NCBI GenBank assembly: GCA_944385475.1
Contig: CALWXJ010000003.1
Coordinates: 290-64,289, forward strand
DNA: 64,000 bases
Direction of reading: 5' to 3'
Source: an uncultured Oscillospiraceae bacterium
Lineage (GTDB): Bacteria > Bacillota > Clostridia > Oscillospirales > Oscillospiraceae
Shown here: piece by piece, positions 46,319-56,843 of the stretch
How positions within the stretch are numbered: position 1 is the stretch's first letter
Layout of the letters: each line of letters begins with the position of its first letter
Notes under the pieces: model-generated
The model's database searches: none
What the model was told of the DNA's origin: nothing
The model's input: the letters and a program-made list of their open reading frames with translations, nothing else
Position numbers and translations under genes: made by a program

Positions 46319-47809
46319 GTGGCAGCAGATATGAACTATTTTGCGGAGATGGAGTCCCGGATCCCCAAGGGGAAAGTCCGCACCCGCTTCGCTCCCTCCC
46401 CCACCGGCTATATGCATGTGGGGAACCTGCGCACCGCGCTGTACACCTGGCTCATCGCCCGTAAGGCAAACGGCACCTTTATCTTCCGACTGGAGGATAC
46501 CGACCAGACCCGGCAGGTAGAGGGTGCCACGGAGATTATTTACCATACTCTTGCCGAATGTGGGCTTGACCACGATGAGGGCCCCGATGTGGGCGGCCCT
46601 GTGGGCCCCTACGTCCAGACTCAACGGCGGGATATCTATGAAAAATACGCCCAATTACTGGTAGAGAAGGGCGCTGCTTACTACTGCTTTTGTGAAAAGT
46701 GTGAGTCTGAGGAGGACAGCGGAGAATTCAACCGCGCTGACGATCCCTGCCGCAATCTGACGGCGGAGCAGATCCAATCCAACCTCAGTGCCGGCAAGCC
46801 CTATGTCATTCGCCAGCGGATCCCCCATGAGGGAACCACTACTTTCCACGACGTCTCCTATGGAGATATTACGGTGGAAAATAAGGATTTGGATGATCAG
46901 GTACTGCTTAAGCGGGATGGCCTGCCTACCTATAACTTTGCCAATGTGGTGGACGATCATCTGATGGGGATCACCCATGTGGTACGGGGCAGCGAATACC
47001 TCTCCTCTGCCCCTAAATATAATCTGCTTTACGAGGCCTTTGGCTGGGAGATCCCCACCTATGTCCACTGCTCCCCTGTTATGCGGGATCAGCAGCACAA
47101 GATGAGCAAGCGCCATGGGGATCCCTCTTATGAGGATCTGAAGGCCCAGGGCTATCTCACGGAGGCCATTTTAAACTATGTGGCGCTGTTGGGCTGGTCC
47201 CCAAAGGGCGCCCAAAGTGAACAGGAGGTCTTCTCCCTTCCGGAATTGGTACAGGCCTTTGACATCTCCGGTATTTCCAAATCCCCTGCCATCTTCGACC
47301 TGGCCAAGCTGGATTACTTCAATGCCACATATCTCCGGGCCATGTCTCCGGAGGACTTTGCCAAGGTGGCAGAGCCCTATATCCGTCAGAGCGTAAAAAA
47401 TCCTGCCATCGACTCTGCTGCAGTGGCAGGGCTGCTGCAGGCCCGGTGTGAAAGACTCACCGAGATTCCGGAAAAGGTAGATTTCTTTGATGCACTTCCG
47501 GATTACGATGTTGCTTTCTTCACCAATAAAAAGTCCAAGACGGACGCCCAGATCTCCAGGGTGATGCTGGAATCTGCGATCCCTGCTCTGGAGGCTCTGG
47601 AATCCTGGACCATGGACACCGTCCACGATACCCTCATTTCCCTGGCGGAGACTCTGGGAGTGAAAAACGCCACGCTCATGTGGCCGGTTCGCATCGCCGT
47701 GGCTGGTAAGCTGGTAACTCCCGGCGGCGCTGTGGAGCTTTGCTGCATTCTGGGACAGGAGGAGGCGCTGCGCCGCCTGCGTCTTGGCCTTGAAAAATTA
47801 AGTCGCTGA
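46319..47809 (+). CDS. gltX: Glutamate-tRNA ligase
   Basis: RTRFAPSPTGYMHVGN, ITHVVRG, KMSKRHG. Confidence 0.98.
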   Translation: MAADMNYFAEMESRIPKGKVRTRFAPSPTGYMHVGNLRTALYTWLIARKANGTFIFRLEDTDQTRQVEGATEIIYHTLAECGLDHDEGPDVGGPVGPYVQTQRRDIYEKYAQLLVEKGAAYYCFCEKCESEEDSGEFNRADDPCRNLTAEQIQSNLSAGKPYVIRQRIPHEGTTTFHDVSYGDITVENKDLDDQVLLKRDGLPTYNFANVVDDHLMGITHVVRGSEYLSSAPKYNLLYEAFGWEIPTYVHCSPVMRDQQHKMSKRHGDPSYEDLKAQGYLTEAILNYVALLGWSPKGAQSEQEVFSLPELVQAFDISGISKSPAIFDLAKLDYFNATYLRAMSPEDFAKVAEPYIRQSVKNPAIDSAAVAGLLQARCERLTEIPEKVDFFDALPDYDVAFFTNKKSKTDAQISRVMLESAIPALEALESWTMDTVHDTLISLAETLGVKNATLMWPVRIAVAGKLVTPGGAVELCCILGQEEALRRLRLGLEKLSR

Positions 47810-47845
47810 TACCATCCCGAAATTGAGAAAAGAAAGGCTGGTTTT

Positions 47846-48853
47846 ATGAGCAAACTGTATATTCCCGATGGCTACAAGATGAAGCTGACCAATAACGAAT
47901 TGCAACGGGCAATTGAGCTGATCCATGAGGACTTTCAGCACAATTTGACGGTACGTCTGAATTTGCACCGAGTCTCCGCTCCCCTGTTTGTTGATGGGAA
48001 AACCGGCCTGAATGACGACCTCAACGGTGTGGAGCGCCCTGTGTCCTTTGACATTCCCGATGTGGGTACAGAGGGACAGGTAGTGCACTCTCTTGCAAAA
48101 TGGAAACGCCTGGCTCTTAAACGCTATGAATTCAAGGCTGGCGAGGGCCTTTTTACGGATATGAATGCCATCCGTCGTGACGAGGTAGTGGATAACCTCC
48201 ACTCCATTTATGTGGACCAGTGGGACTGGGAAAAACATATCCGGGAAGAAGACCGAAACATTCAGTATCTTAAAGACACGGTGCGGGATATTGTGGGCTG
48301 CCTGTGCGATACTGCCACAGCTCTGCGCAACGCCTATCCTGTTTTGACCTGCCGACCTGACCGGGATGTGTATTTCATCACCACGCAGGAGCTGGAAGAC
48401 CGCTATCCCGACCTGACTCCCAATGAGCGGGAGAGGGAGATCTGCCGGAAACATCACACCGTATTCCTCATGCAGATCGGAAAGACTTTGAAATCCGGCA
48501 TCAAGCACGACGGCCGTGCCCCGGACTATGATGACTGGGATCTCAACGGGGATATCCTCATGTGGAACCCGGTGCTGCAGGATCGCTTCGAAGTATCCTC
48601 CATGGGCATCCGGGTCAACGCCGAATCCCTGGACCGGCAGTTGACCATGGCAGGGTGTGACAATCGCCGCCAACTGCCGTTCCATCAGATGCTTTTGAAC
48701 AATCAGTTGCCCTTGTCCATTGGCGGCGGTATTGGTCAGTCCCGGGTCTGCATGCTGCTGTTGGAAACCTGTCACATCGGCGAAGTGCAGGCCAGCCTCT
48801 GGGATGAAGCAACGGTAAAGGGCTGCGAAGCTGCCGGGATTACACTGCTGTAA
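47846..48853 (+). CDS. asnA: Aspartate-ammonia ligase
   Basis: NDDLNGVERPV, SLAKWKR, YVDQWDWE, RAPDYDDW, SIGGGIGQSR. Confidence 0.98.
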   Translation: MSKLYIPDGYKMKLTNNELQRAIELIHEDFQHNLTVRLNLHRVSAPLFVDGKTGLNDDLNGVERPVSFDIPDVGTEGQVVHSLAKWKRLALKRYEFKAGEGLFTDMNAIRRDEVVDNLHSIYVDQWDWEKHIREEDRNIQYLKDTVRDIVGCLCDTATALRNAYPVLTCRPDRDVYFITTQELEDRYPDLTPNEREREICRKHHTVFLMQIGKTLKSGIKHDGRAPDYDDWDLNGDILMWNPVLQDRFEVSSMGIRVNAESLDRQLTMAGCDNRRQLPFHQMLLNNQLPLSIGGGIGQSRVCMLLLETCHIGEVQASLWDEATVKGCEAAGITLL

Positions 48854-48964
48854 TTGCTCCCCTTTTAAAAATCATGGCAGGCCCTTTTGATAAGGGCCTG
48901 CCATTTTTTAATCAATGAAAAAATCCGCAGCCGATTCCTCGGCTGCGGATTTTGTTTGAATAAA

Positions 48965-50170
48965 TCAGCCCAGAAGATCCTTGGCGATGGCATCCGCCAA
49001 AGCCACCAGATCCCCCACCTGATCACAGCTCACAGAAGAGCGCAGTGTCACCGTCTCCCCAATGACCCGCATGCCCTTCATAGACTCCACGATCTCCTTC
49101 ATCAGCTTGCCGCTTTGCGGAGACCAACTGCCGTTTTCAATGAAGGAAACTCCGCGATTTTGCAGGTTATGCGCCTTCAGATCCAGCAGCAGGGTCTCCA
49201 TAGGTGTATAAATCCCGTTGTTATAAGTCACGGAGGCAAACACCAGATGGCTGCGGCGGAAGGCCTCTGCCACCAAAGTGGAAACATGAGTATGCGAGGC
49301 ATCATATACCGCCACGTTCTTCACGCCCCGCTCCGCCAATTTGGCGGCCAGGATCTCGCAGGCGGTCTCTGTATGGCCATACACGCTGCCGCAGACGATC
49401 ATCACCGACTGCTCCTCCGGGGTATAGGTGCTCCACTGCTGATACTTATTCACAAACCACCCGATATTCTCCCGCCAGATGGGACCATGAAGCGGGCAGA
49501 TCCTGGCAATTTCCAGTCCTGCCGCTTTTTTCAGAAGGGCCTGTACCTGCGGACCATACTTGCCCACAATGTTGGTATAATAGCGGCGGGCATCATCCAG
49601 CCACTCCGTCTCAAAGGGAACCTCGTCAGCAAAGAGGTTGCCATTCATAGCGCCAAAAGTTCCAAAGGCGTCGGCGGAAAACAGGGTCTTGTCTGTGGTA
49701 TCATACGTCACCATCACCTCCGGCCAATGGACCATAGGGGCCATAACAAAGGCAAAGGTGTGCCGTCCTGTGGTAAGCGTATCCCCTTCCTTCACCACCA
49801 GGCTGCGGCCCTGGAGGTCGATGTGGAAAAACTGCTGCACCATAGTCAGTACCTTGGCGTTTGTAACCACTTGCACGTCAGGATAGCGCAGCAGCAGTTC
49901 CCCCAGGGTGGCGGCGTGATCCGGTTCCATATGGTTCACCACCAGATAATCCAACCCCCGCCCATTCAGGGCACACTCCAGATTTTCAAAAAAGCGCTCG
50001 CTGATGGCCTTATCCACAGTATCCATCAATACGGTCTTTTCATCCAACACCAAATAGGCATTATAAGAAACGCCTCTGGGAATGGGATAAACATTTTCAA
50101 ACAGGGCCAGCCGGCGGTCCGATCCCCCCAGCCACATAACATCCGAAGTCACAGGGATTACGCAGTGCAT
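48965..50170 (-). CDS. fprA: FprA family flavodiiron protein (O2/NO reductase)
   Basis: GVSYNAY, NHMEPDH, HWPE, SADAFG, PLHG metallo-beta-lactamase core plus flavodoxin SVYGHT. Confidence 0.95.
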   Translation of the reverse strand: MHCVIPVTSDVMWLGGSDRRLALFENVYPIPRGVSYNAYLVLDEKTVLMDTVDKAISERFFENLECALNGRGLDYLVVNHMEPDHAATLGELLLRYPDVQVVTNAKVLTMVQQFFHIDLQGRSLVVKEGDTLTTGRHTFAFVMAPMVHWPEVMVTYDTTDKTLFSADAFGTFGAMNGNLFADEVPFETEWLDDARRYYTNIVGKYGPQVQALLKKAAGLEIARICPLHGPIWRENIGWFVNKYQQWSTYTPEEQSVMIVCGSVYGHTETACEILAAKLAERGVKNVAVYDASHTHVSTLVAEAFRRSHLVFASVTYNNGIYTPMETLLLDLKAHNLQNRGVSFIENGSWSPQSGKLMKEIVESMKGMRVIGETVTLRSSVSCDQVGDLVALADAIAKDLLG

Positions 50171-50380
50171 ATGTAAATTCCTCCACTCAAATTCTTGATC
50201 TTGCCAGTCTATTACACACAATTTTCCACAAAATTTCTGTTGTAAATACAACATTTTATCGTATTTATAAAAATTGTGGGAAAAAACGCCTTTTTTATTA
50301 TAGTGCTGCTGTTTGGCCTTGTCAATGTAAATTCAGCCGCCTCCCCAGGGTTCTGGACACCTGCTGCTGTCTTTTATTAT

Positions 50381-50413
50381 AAAAAAGATGCCGCTAAAAG
50401 CGGCATCTTTTTT
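50381..50413 (-). terminator. V-ATPase operon terminator
   Basis: AAAAAGATGCCGCT-AAA-AGCGGCATCTTTTT. Confidence 0.85.
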
Positions 50414-50423
50414 ATAATAGTCG

Positions 50424-51131
50424 TTACGACTGCGTCTCTCCCGCTGTGGAAAATGCCTCAATGGCCTTGGCATTTGCCGCCTGGCGCTCCTCAATGGCTT
50501 CCTTCAAAAGCATATCCTTCACCTTCATCAATCGGGTGGTGGTGGAGCGGTCATTCTCATCCAACTTCATAGTAATATAGCGGATAGACTCCTGGGTGTT
50601 GGGGATCATGACATATTCCAGAGCGTTGACACGGCGGCGGGTCTTTTCGATTTCCTCCGCCATCAACTGGGCAGATTTTTCAATCTCCGCCAGCTTCAGC
50701 ATCTTTTGAAAGACCTTCCCCAAAGCCTCCACGGCCGTATCCAACTCACCGGAGGTTCCGGCAAAGCCATACGGGTAGATGTCAGCGTCAGATTTGGTCT
50801 TCGTCTGAAAGTGGTAGATGGGCACGTTCACCGACATGATGTTTTGAAAACTCATGGTCAGCTCCACGCTCTGCTTAGGATAGAGCAGAGCTTGCTCCAA
50901 CGCCTCAGAGCTCATCAATGCAGAGGCCACCGTAAACGAGCCGTGTACGGCCAACAATTCCTCTTCCACCTCGGCGCGAAGGCTTCTCACCTCCCGCACC
51001 GTGTCCAGGAACTGTTTCATCAGCTCATCCCGCTTGTCTTTAAGCAGCTTGTGTCCCCGCTGAGCGGTGCGCAGCTTGCCTTTGAGGCGGGTGAGCTCCA
51101 TTCTGGTAGGGCTTACCGTGATATTCGCCAT
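50424..51131 (-). CDS. ntpD: V/A-type ATPase subunit D
   Basis: PTRMEL, GHKLLKDKRDEL, EIEKTRRRVNALE. Confidence 0.97.
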   Translation of the reverse strand: MANITVSPTRMELTRLKGKLRTAQRGHKLLKDKRDELMKQFLDTVREVRSLRAEVEEELLAVHGSFTVASALMSSEALEQALLYPKQSVELTMSFQNIMSVNVPIYHFQTKTKSDADIYPYGFAGTSGELDTAVEALGKVFQKMLKLAEIEKSAQLMAEEIEKTRRRVNALEYVMIPNTQESIRYITMKLDENDRSTTTRLMKVKDMLLKEAIEERQAANAKAIEAFSTAGETQS

Positions 51132-51144
51132 GGCTCACCCCTCC

Positions 51145-52530
51145 TTATTCCTGATCTTTTTTCGGCCAGTATTTCTCAATCAGCTCCGGTTTGATCCGTT
51201 TCAGCTCACTCTTAGGCAGGATGCTCAAAAGCTCCCAGCCCAGGTTCAGCGTCTCTTCGATAGAACGGTTTTCCTCATATCCCTGGTTGACATAGCGCCG
51301 TTCAAATTCATCGGCAAACTTGGCGTACAGCAAATCCGTGGGGGTAAGTGCCGCCTCGCCCAGAATGCTCATGAGTTCTTTGTTATCTTTGCCGGTTGCA
51401 TAAGCGGCAAAGAGCTGGTTCATGGTGCCGGCATGATCTTCCCGGGTCTTGCCCTCGCCGATGCCCTTATCCTTCAGACGGGAAAGGCTGGGCAGCACGT
51501 CCACCGGAGGATGGATTCCCTGGCGGTACAGCGCGCGGCTCAAAATGATCTGGCCCTCGGTGATATAGCCTGTCAGGTCAGGAATGGGATGGGTCTTATC
51601 ATCTTCCGGCATGGTCAAAATGGGGATCAGAGTAATGGAGCCCTTCTTCCCCAGCTGACGGCCGGCCCGCTCATAGAGGGTGGCCAGGTCGGTATAGAGG
51701 TAGCCAGGGAAGCCGCGGCGGCCGGGGACTTCCTTCTTTGCGGCGGAAACTTCCCGCAGTGCCTCAGCATAGTTGGTGATATCCGTCATGATGACCAGCA
51801 CGTGCATATCCTTTTCAAAGGCCAGATACTCCGCGGCGGTCAGTGCCATACGGGGCGTGGAGATACGCTCAACCGCAGGGTCATTGGCCAGGTTGGAGAA
51901 CATCACAGTACGGTCAATGGCGCCGGTGCGGCGGAACTCACTGACGAAGAACTCCGACTCCTCAAAGGTAATGCCGATAGCGGCAAAGACCACGGCGAAG
52001 TTGGCACTCTCGTCGCCCAGCACCTTGGCCTGCCGGGCAATCTGGGCAGCCAGATTGGCATGGGGCAGGCCGGAGCCGGAGAAAATAGGCAGCTTCTGGC
52101 CACGGACCAGAGTATTCAATCCATCGATGGTGGAGACACCGGTCTGAATGAACTCGTTGGGATAGTCCCGGGCAGCGGGGTTCATGGGCAGGCCGTTGAT
52201 ATCCTTATACTCCTCCGGCAGAATTTCAGGACCGCCGTCAATGGGCTGGCCCATGCCGTTGAAGACGCGGCCCAGCATATCGCCGGAGACACCCAGCTGC
52301 AGCGGGTGGCCCAGGAAACGGACCTTGGCATCCGCCAGGTTAATGCCGGCAGCGGACTCAAACAGCTGCACCACAGCGGTATCACCGTTGACCTCCAGCA
52401 CCTTGCCCCGGCGGATGGAGCCATCGTGCAGCTCCACTTCCACCAGCTCATCGTAGGTGACGTTTTCCACCATACGGACCATCATCAGAGGGCTGACGAT
52501 CTCCTCTACGGTTTTATATTCACGAATCAT
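51145..52530 (-). CDS. ntpB: V/A-type ATPase subunit B
   Basis: [44 protein letters not shown]. Confidence 0.98.
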   Translation of the reverse strand: MIREYKTVEEIVSPLMMVRMVENVTYDELVEVELHDGSIRRGKVLEVNGDTAVVQLFESAAGINLADAKVRFLGHPLQLGVSGDMLGRVFNGMGQPIDGGPEILPEEYKDINGLPMNPAARDYPNEFIQTGVSTIDGLNTLVRGQKLPIFSGSGLPHANLAAQIARQAKVLGDESANFAVVFAAIGITFEESEFFVSEFRRTGAIDRTVMFSNLANDPAVERISTPRMALTAAEYLAFEKDMHVLVIMTDITNYAEALREVSAAKKEVPGRRGFPGYLYTDLATLYERAGRQLGKKGSITLIPILTMPEDDKTHPIPDLTGYITEGQIILSRALYRQGIHPPVDVLPSLSRLKDKGIGEGKTREDHAGTMNQLFAAYATGKDNKELMSILGEAALTPTDLLYAKFADEFERRYVNQGYEENRSIEETLNLGWELLSILPKSELKRIKPELIEKYWPKKDQE

Positions 52531-54299
52531 TCCTGGTCACCTCCCTTGGCCGCGATCTCCTGGATCTGCTGCTCCATCTCGCTGCGGATCTGCTCATAGA
52601 CCTGAGGATATTCCTCCGCAGGCACACTCTTGGCACGCCCGATCTTTTCCCGGGCGGGAATCTGGAACAGCTCTGTCACATTGGCCCCCTGGCCGATGGC
52701 ATAACGGCAGCTCTTATCATAGCTGAGGATAATATCCAGCAGCTCTTTTTGCCGGCCATAGTCGGAGAAGCTGTCCACATCCATGAACGCGTTTTGCTGC
52801 AGGAAGTCCTCCCGGATCATCCGGGCCACTTCCAGCGTCAGCTGGTCATTGGGAGAGAGCGCGTCTTTACCAACCAGCTGCACGATTTCGTTGAGGCTGG
52901 CCTCATTTTGCAAAATGCCCATGGCCTTGGTGCGGTCCTGCATAAAGGTCTCTCCCAGATTCTCATCAAACCAGGGCTTGAGAGAATCGAGATACAACGA
53001 GTAGGAGTTCAGCCAGTTAATCGCCGGGAAATGGCGCTTATAGGCCAAAGAGGCATCCAGAGCCCAGAACACCTTGACAATCCGCATAGTGGCCTGGGAA
53101 ACGGGTTCGGAGAGGTCGCCGCCCGGAGGGGACACGGCGCCCACAGCCGTCAGGCTGCCCCGGCGCTCGTCGGAGCCAATGCACTGCACACTGCCGGCCC
53201 GCTCATAGAACTGGGCAAGACGGGAGGCAAGATACGCGGGATAGCCCTCTTCGCCGGGCATCTCTTCCAGACGGCCGGACATCTCGCGCAGTGCCTCGGC
53301 CCAGCGGGAGGTGGAGTCTGCAATAACAGCCACGTCATAGCCCATGTCCCGGAAGTACTCCGCGATGGTGATGCCGGTGTAGACACTGGCCTCACGGGCG
53401 GCCACAGGCATATCGGAAGTGTTTGCGATCAGCACCGTCCGCTTCATCAAGGACTCGCCGGTGCGGGGGTCTTTCAGTTCGGGGAATTCCCGCAGAACGT
53501 CTGTCATCTCGTTGCCGCGCTCGCCGCAGCCGATGTAGACCACGATGTCCACGTCGGACCACTTGGCCAGCTGGTGCTGCACCACCGTCTTGCCGGAGCC
53601 GAAGGGGCCGGGAACAGCGGCGGTGCCACCCTTGGCAATGGGGAACAGCGTGTCGATGATCCGCTGACCGGAGCAGAGAGGACGCTTGGGCGGGAATTTC
53701 TTGGCATAGGGCCGTCCCACACGGACCGGCCACTTTTGCAGCATGGTCAGGGGGACTTCTTTTCCGTCATCCGTCTTCAGCGTGGCTACCGTCTCCATCA
53801 CGGTGAAGGAGCCGCTCTTGATGTCCGTAATGGTGCCGCTCATATTGGGGGGTACCATGATCTTATGCAGCACCACAGGAGTCTCAGGGACGGTGCCGAT
53901 GACATCGCCCCCTACTACATGGTCTCCCGCTTTCACAGTGGCAGTGAATTCCCACTTCTTCTCATGGGCCACAGCGGGGACTTCCACACCGCGGGTGATG
54001 TTGGAGCCCACCTTCTCCACAATTTTTTCCAAGGGGCGCTGGATCCCGTCATAGATCCCCTCGATCATGCCGGGGCCCAGTTCCACACTCATGGGTGCCC
54101 CGGTGGTTTCCACCTCTGCCCCAGGGCCCAGGCCGGAAGTCTCCTCATAGACCTGGATGGAGGCAGTGTCGCCTTTCATTGTCAGAATTTCACCGATCAG
54201 GCGCTGGGGGCCCACACGGACCACGTCGGACATGTTGGCGTCCGACAGGCCCGTAGCCACTACCAGCGGCCCGGAAACTTTCACAACTTTACCGCTCAA
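52527..54299 (-). CDS. ntpA: V/A-type ATPase catalytic subunit A
   Basis: [26 protein letters not shown]; no intein. Confidence 0.98.
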   Translation of the reverse strand: MSGKVVKVSGPLVVATGLSDANMSDVVRVGPQRLIGEILTMKGDTASIQVYEETSGLGPGAEVETTGAPMSVELGPGMIEGIYDGIQRPLEKIVEKVGSNITRGVEVPAVAHEKKWEFTATVKAGDHVVGGDVIGTVPETPVVLHKIMVPPNMSGTITDIKSGSFTVMETVATLKTDDGKEVPLTMLQKWPVRVGRPYAKKFPPKRPLCSGQRIIDTLFPIAKGGTAAVPGPFGSGKTVVQHQLAKWSDVDIVVYIGCGERGNEMTDVLREFPELKDPRTGESLMKRTVLIANTSDMPVAAREASVYTGITIAEYFRDMGYDVAVIADSTSRWAEALREMSGRLEEMPGEEGYPAYLASRLAQFYERAGSVQCIGSDERRGSLTAVGAVSPPGGDLSEPVSQATMRIVKVFWALDASLAYKRHFPAINWLNSYSLYLDSLKPWFDENLGETFMQDRTKAMGILQNEASLNEIVQLVGKDALSPNDQLTLEVARMIREDFLQQNAFMDVDSFSDYGRQKELLDIILSYDKSCRYAIGQGANVTELFQIPAREKIGRAKSVPAEEYPQVYEQIRSEMEQQIQEIAAKGGDQE

Positions 54300-54377
54300 A
54301 TAAACAACCTTCTTTCAGGATAGATTCGCAGAAAGGGTCTTCTTGTGCCTGAAGCAACAAGACTCCAGCCGCCGGAC

Positions 54378-54695
54378 TCAGAGAATATCCGCGCCCACGG
54401 CCCGTTCAATGGCCCGCTGGATATTGGCCTTGCCGATACCCAAAGAGCCGTTTCTTCCGGGAATCAGGATGATGGCGGGACGAAGCTCGTCCTTATACCG
54501 GGAGAGCACATCCTCCATCCCCTTGGCCAGGGTCTCTGTGAGATAAATCACCGCACAGTCCGTCTTTGCCAGTTCCCGCACCGTCTCTTTGGCCTCTTCC
54601 ACAGAGGTGACCGGATAGGTATCCAGGCCCAAGGCACGAAAGCCCATAACAGATTCCCAGTCGCCAATTACGGCAATTCGATATGTTGCAGCCAT
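54378..54695 (-). CDS. V/A-type ATPase subunit F
   Basis: IAVIGD..VMGFRALG, IERAVGADI. Confidence 0.95.
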   Translation of the reverse strand: MAATYRIAVIGDWESVMGFRALGLDTYPVTSVEEAKETVRELAKTDCAVIYLTETLAKGMEDVLSRYKDELRPAIILIPGRNGSLGIGKANIQRAIERAVGADIL

Positions 54696-54707
54696 GCCTT
54701 CACCGCC

Positions 54708-55712
54708 TTATACATAACCGGCCCGCAGACGGGAGCGGAGCACATCGGCGCTCAGCCCGGCGCTCCGTCCCATCAGCAGGATCCGCAGATTTGTATACTC
54801 CGTCTCCCGCGCCGCCAAATATCCCAGCAAGGGCGCTTCGCCAAAGGGAATGCGCTGTGCGCCGGAGAGATAGGTCCCCACAGCGTCGTCACAAAGCCTT
54901 TCAAAATTGGTCAGGCTGCCGCCCTGGAGCGCTTCCTGCCCCGCTTCAGCCGCAGATTGGAAATCCGTATTGACATAGACTTCCGCAAGGCCCGCGCCGC
55001 CTTCTCCGCCGACTTTTTCCAGCTGCTCCGGAGGAAAGTCTCCGCCGGGCAGCAGCGCGTTTTTCAGGAAGTCGCCGCCCTTGCCCATCCGAATGACCCG
55101 CACCACCGTGCGCAGATTGGCGGCGTCGATTTGGGCGCGGACGTAGCCCTGCAGAAAGCTGCTCCTGGTCTTTTGGGCCAGCTCCGTCAAATCTTCATAC
55201 ATCCGCCGGTCCACCGCCATATCACTCAGCTGGGGATCCCGGGTGGTCTCCAGGATCTCCCTGCCTTCGGCAATGGTGGCCTGAAGCCGGGGAGGCAGAT
55301 TTTCCAAATCGTTTTCCAGCACAGCCTTTTTTACCGCCTCGGCGCTGACGCGGCCCATGTCGATCATCATATGGATGGGATCGGTGCCCATCGCCTGGGC
55401 CTTCAGTGCGGTTTTGATGTTGTGGTAGTCGTATTTTACCTTAAAAATGTCGATATATCTGGTGTCCGGAACCCCTGCGGAGGCATCCGCCAGATCCCGC
55501 TCCCGCACCTTCGCGATAGCGGCATCCATTGCCTCAGGCCGCTGGGCATCCAACTCCGGATACCCGCACTCTTGAAGGACCTTTTCCAGTTCCTCCTCCG
55601 TACGCGCTTCCAGCAGCTGTTCCATACGGCTTTTGGTCAGGAGGCTGTTCTCCATGGCCCGGATCCGTCCGGAGACCGGCAGATAATCGGTGTCTTTGAT
55701 TCTTTTAGCCAA
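54708..55712 (-). CDS. ntpC: V/A-type ATPase subunit C
   Basis: RIRAMENSLL, YDYHNIK, E..NLRIL..G; operon position. Confidence 0.93.
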   Translation of the reverse strand: MAKRIKDTDYLPVSGRIRAMENSLLTKSRMEQLLEARTEEELEKVLQECGYPELDAQRPEAMDAAIAKVRERDLADASAGVPDTRYIDIFKVKYDYHNIKTALKAQAMGTDPIHMMIDMGRVSAEAVKKAVLENDLENLPPRLQATIAEGREILETTRDPQLSDMAVDRRMYEDLTELAQKTRSSFLQGYVRAQIDAANLRTVVRVIRMGKGGDFLKNALLPGGDFPPEQLEKVGGEGGAGLAEVYVNTDFQSAAEAGQEALQGGSLTNFERLCDDAVGTYLSGAQRIPFGEAPLLGYLAARETEYTNLRILLMGRSAGLSADVLRSRLRAGYV

Positions 55713-55727
55713 GGCACTTCCTCCTTG

Positions 55728-56312
55728 TCAGTCGAACAGCTTTTTCGCCACAGCTCCTGCCGTCTGCGCCTTTTGCAGACGTACCAGTGTGTCAAATGCG
55801 CAGTTGACCTCCACGTTGCCGTCTTTCAAAATGAAGCCGCCGCGGATGGGACGCGTCTCATCGCAGAGGGTCAGGGCACCGCCCCCGGCCGCATTGGCCT
55901 TGGCCACCGCCGCCGCTCCCACGCTCTTGCGGTCCTCCTCCGAAAAAATCACCTCGCCCCGCCCGTTGGGTGCCGCCTGCGCCAACAGATCGGCCAGCAC
56001 GGAAATGTACTGCTCCTGAGGCAGTGCGCAAAGCTTTTCCAGCGCCCGGACATAGACGGCTTCCACCATCTCCTGTCTGGCAGCCAGCACGGTCTTTTTG
56101 GCCTCCATTTCGGCGGCGCTGATCAACCGCTGTTCCCGTTCGGCGGCGGCCTTTTCATTCTTCCCCGCCAGTTCCGCAGCCTCCTGCTGAGCCTGCGCCC
56201 CATATCTGGCGGTGATCTGCTCAGCTTCCTCCTGCGCCGCACCCAGGATGCCATTGATCTCCGCCTGGGCCTGCTCTGTCAGACGCTGCGCAATTTTATC
56301 AATTCCATTCAT
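55728..56312 (-). CDS. ntpE: V/A-type ATPase subunit E
   Basis: Coiled-coil N-terminus, GGFIL..VEVNCAFD. Confidence 0.92.
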   Translation of the reverse strand: MNGIDKIAQRLTEQAQAEINGILGAAQEEAEQITARYGAQAQQEAAELAGKNEKAAAEREQRLISAAEMEAKKTVLAARQEMVEAVYVRALEKLCALPQEQYISVLADLLAQAAPNGRGEVIFSEEDRKSVGAAAVAKANAAGGGALTLCDETRPIRGGFILKDGNVEVNCAFDTLVRLQKAQTAGAVAKKLFD

Positions 56313-56350
56313 TGAACATTACCGCCTTTCCTGTTGATCTGTGAACCGCA

Positions 56351-56842
56351 TCACAGCGCGTTCATCAGCAGCAGGATGGTGGCCAGCAAAGACAAGATGG
56401 CGTAGAACTCAACGATACCGCAGAGGATGATGCCCTTGGTGGCCTCATCCGGACGCTTTGCCACGATATTGATGGAGGCGGCAGCCACGCGGCCCTGGAA
56501 GATAGCAGACAGCCAGCCACCCAGTGCGATGGGCAGGCAGGAGACAAAGATGGTAAGGCCCTGGGTGACGCTCAGGTCCACCATGCCGCTTCCGCCGAAG
56601 ACGCCCATGGTCAGCAAAACGAAGAACCACGCCACCATGCCGTACAGGCCCTGAGTGCCGGGCAGCACCTGCAGAATCAAGCACTTGGAGAAGTTTTCAG
56701 GAGCCATGCTGATGACGCCGGTGGCGGCTTCGCCCACCATTCCAGTACCCTTTGCAGAGCCAACGCAGCACAGGCCCACTGCCAGTGCTGCACCTAAAAA
56801 TGCCAGGCCGGTGCCACCGAATAATTCAAAAAAAGCTGCCAT
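56351..56842 (-). CDS. ntpK: V/A-type ATPase rotor subunit K, Na+-binding type
   Basis: 4-TM proteolipid with LPGTQGLY, SAIFQG and VEFYA, matching the Na+ ligands of Enterococcus hirae NtpK. Confidence 0.95.
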   Translation of the reverse strand: MAAFFELFGGTGLAFLGAALAVGLCCVGSAKGTGMVGEAATGVISMAPENFSKCLILQVLPGTQGLYGMVAWFFVLLTMGVFGGSGMVDLSVTQGLTIFVSCLPIALGGWLSAIFQGRVAAASINIVAKRPDEATKGIILCGIVEFYAILSLLATILLLMNAL

Positions 56843-56843
56843 G

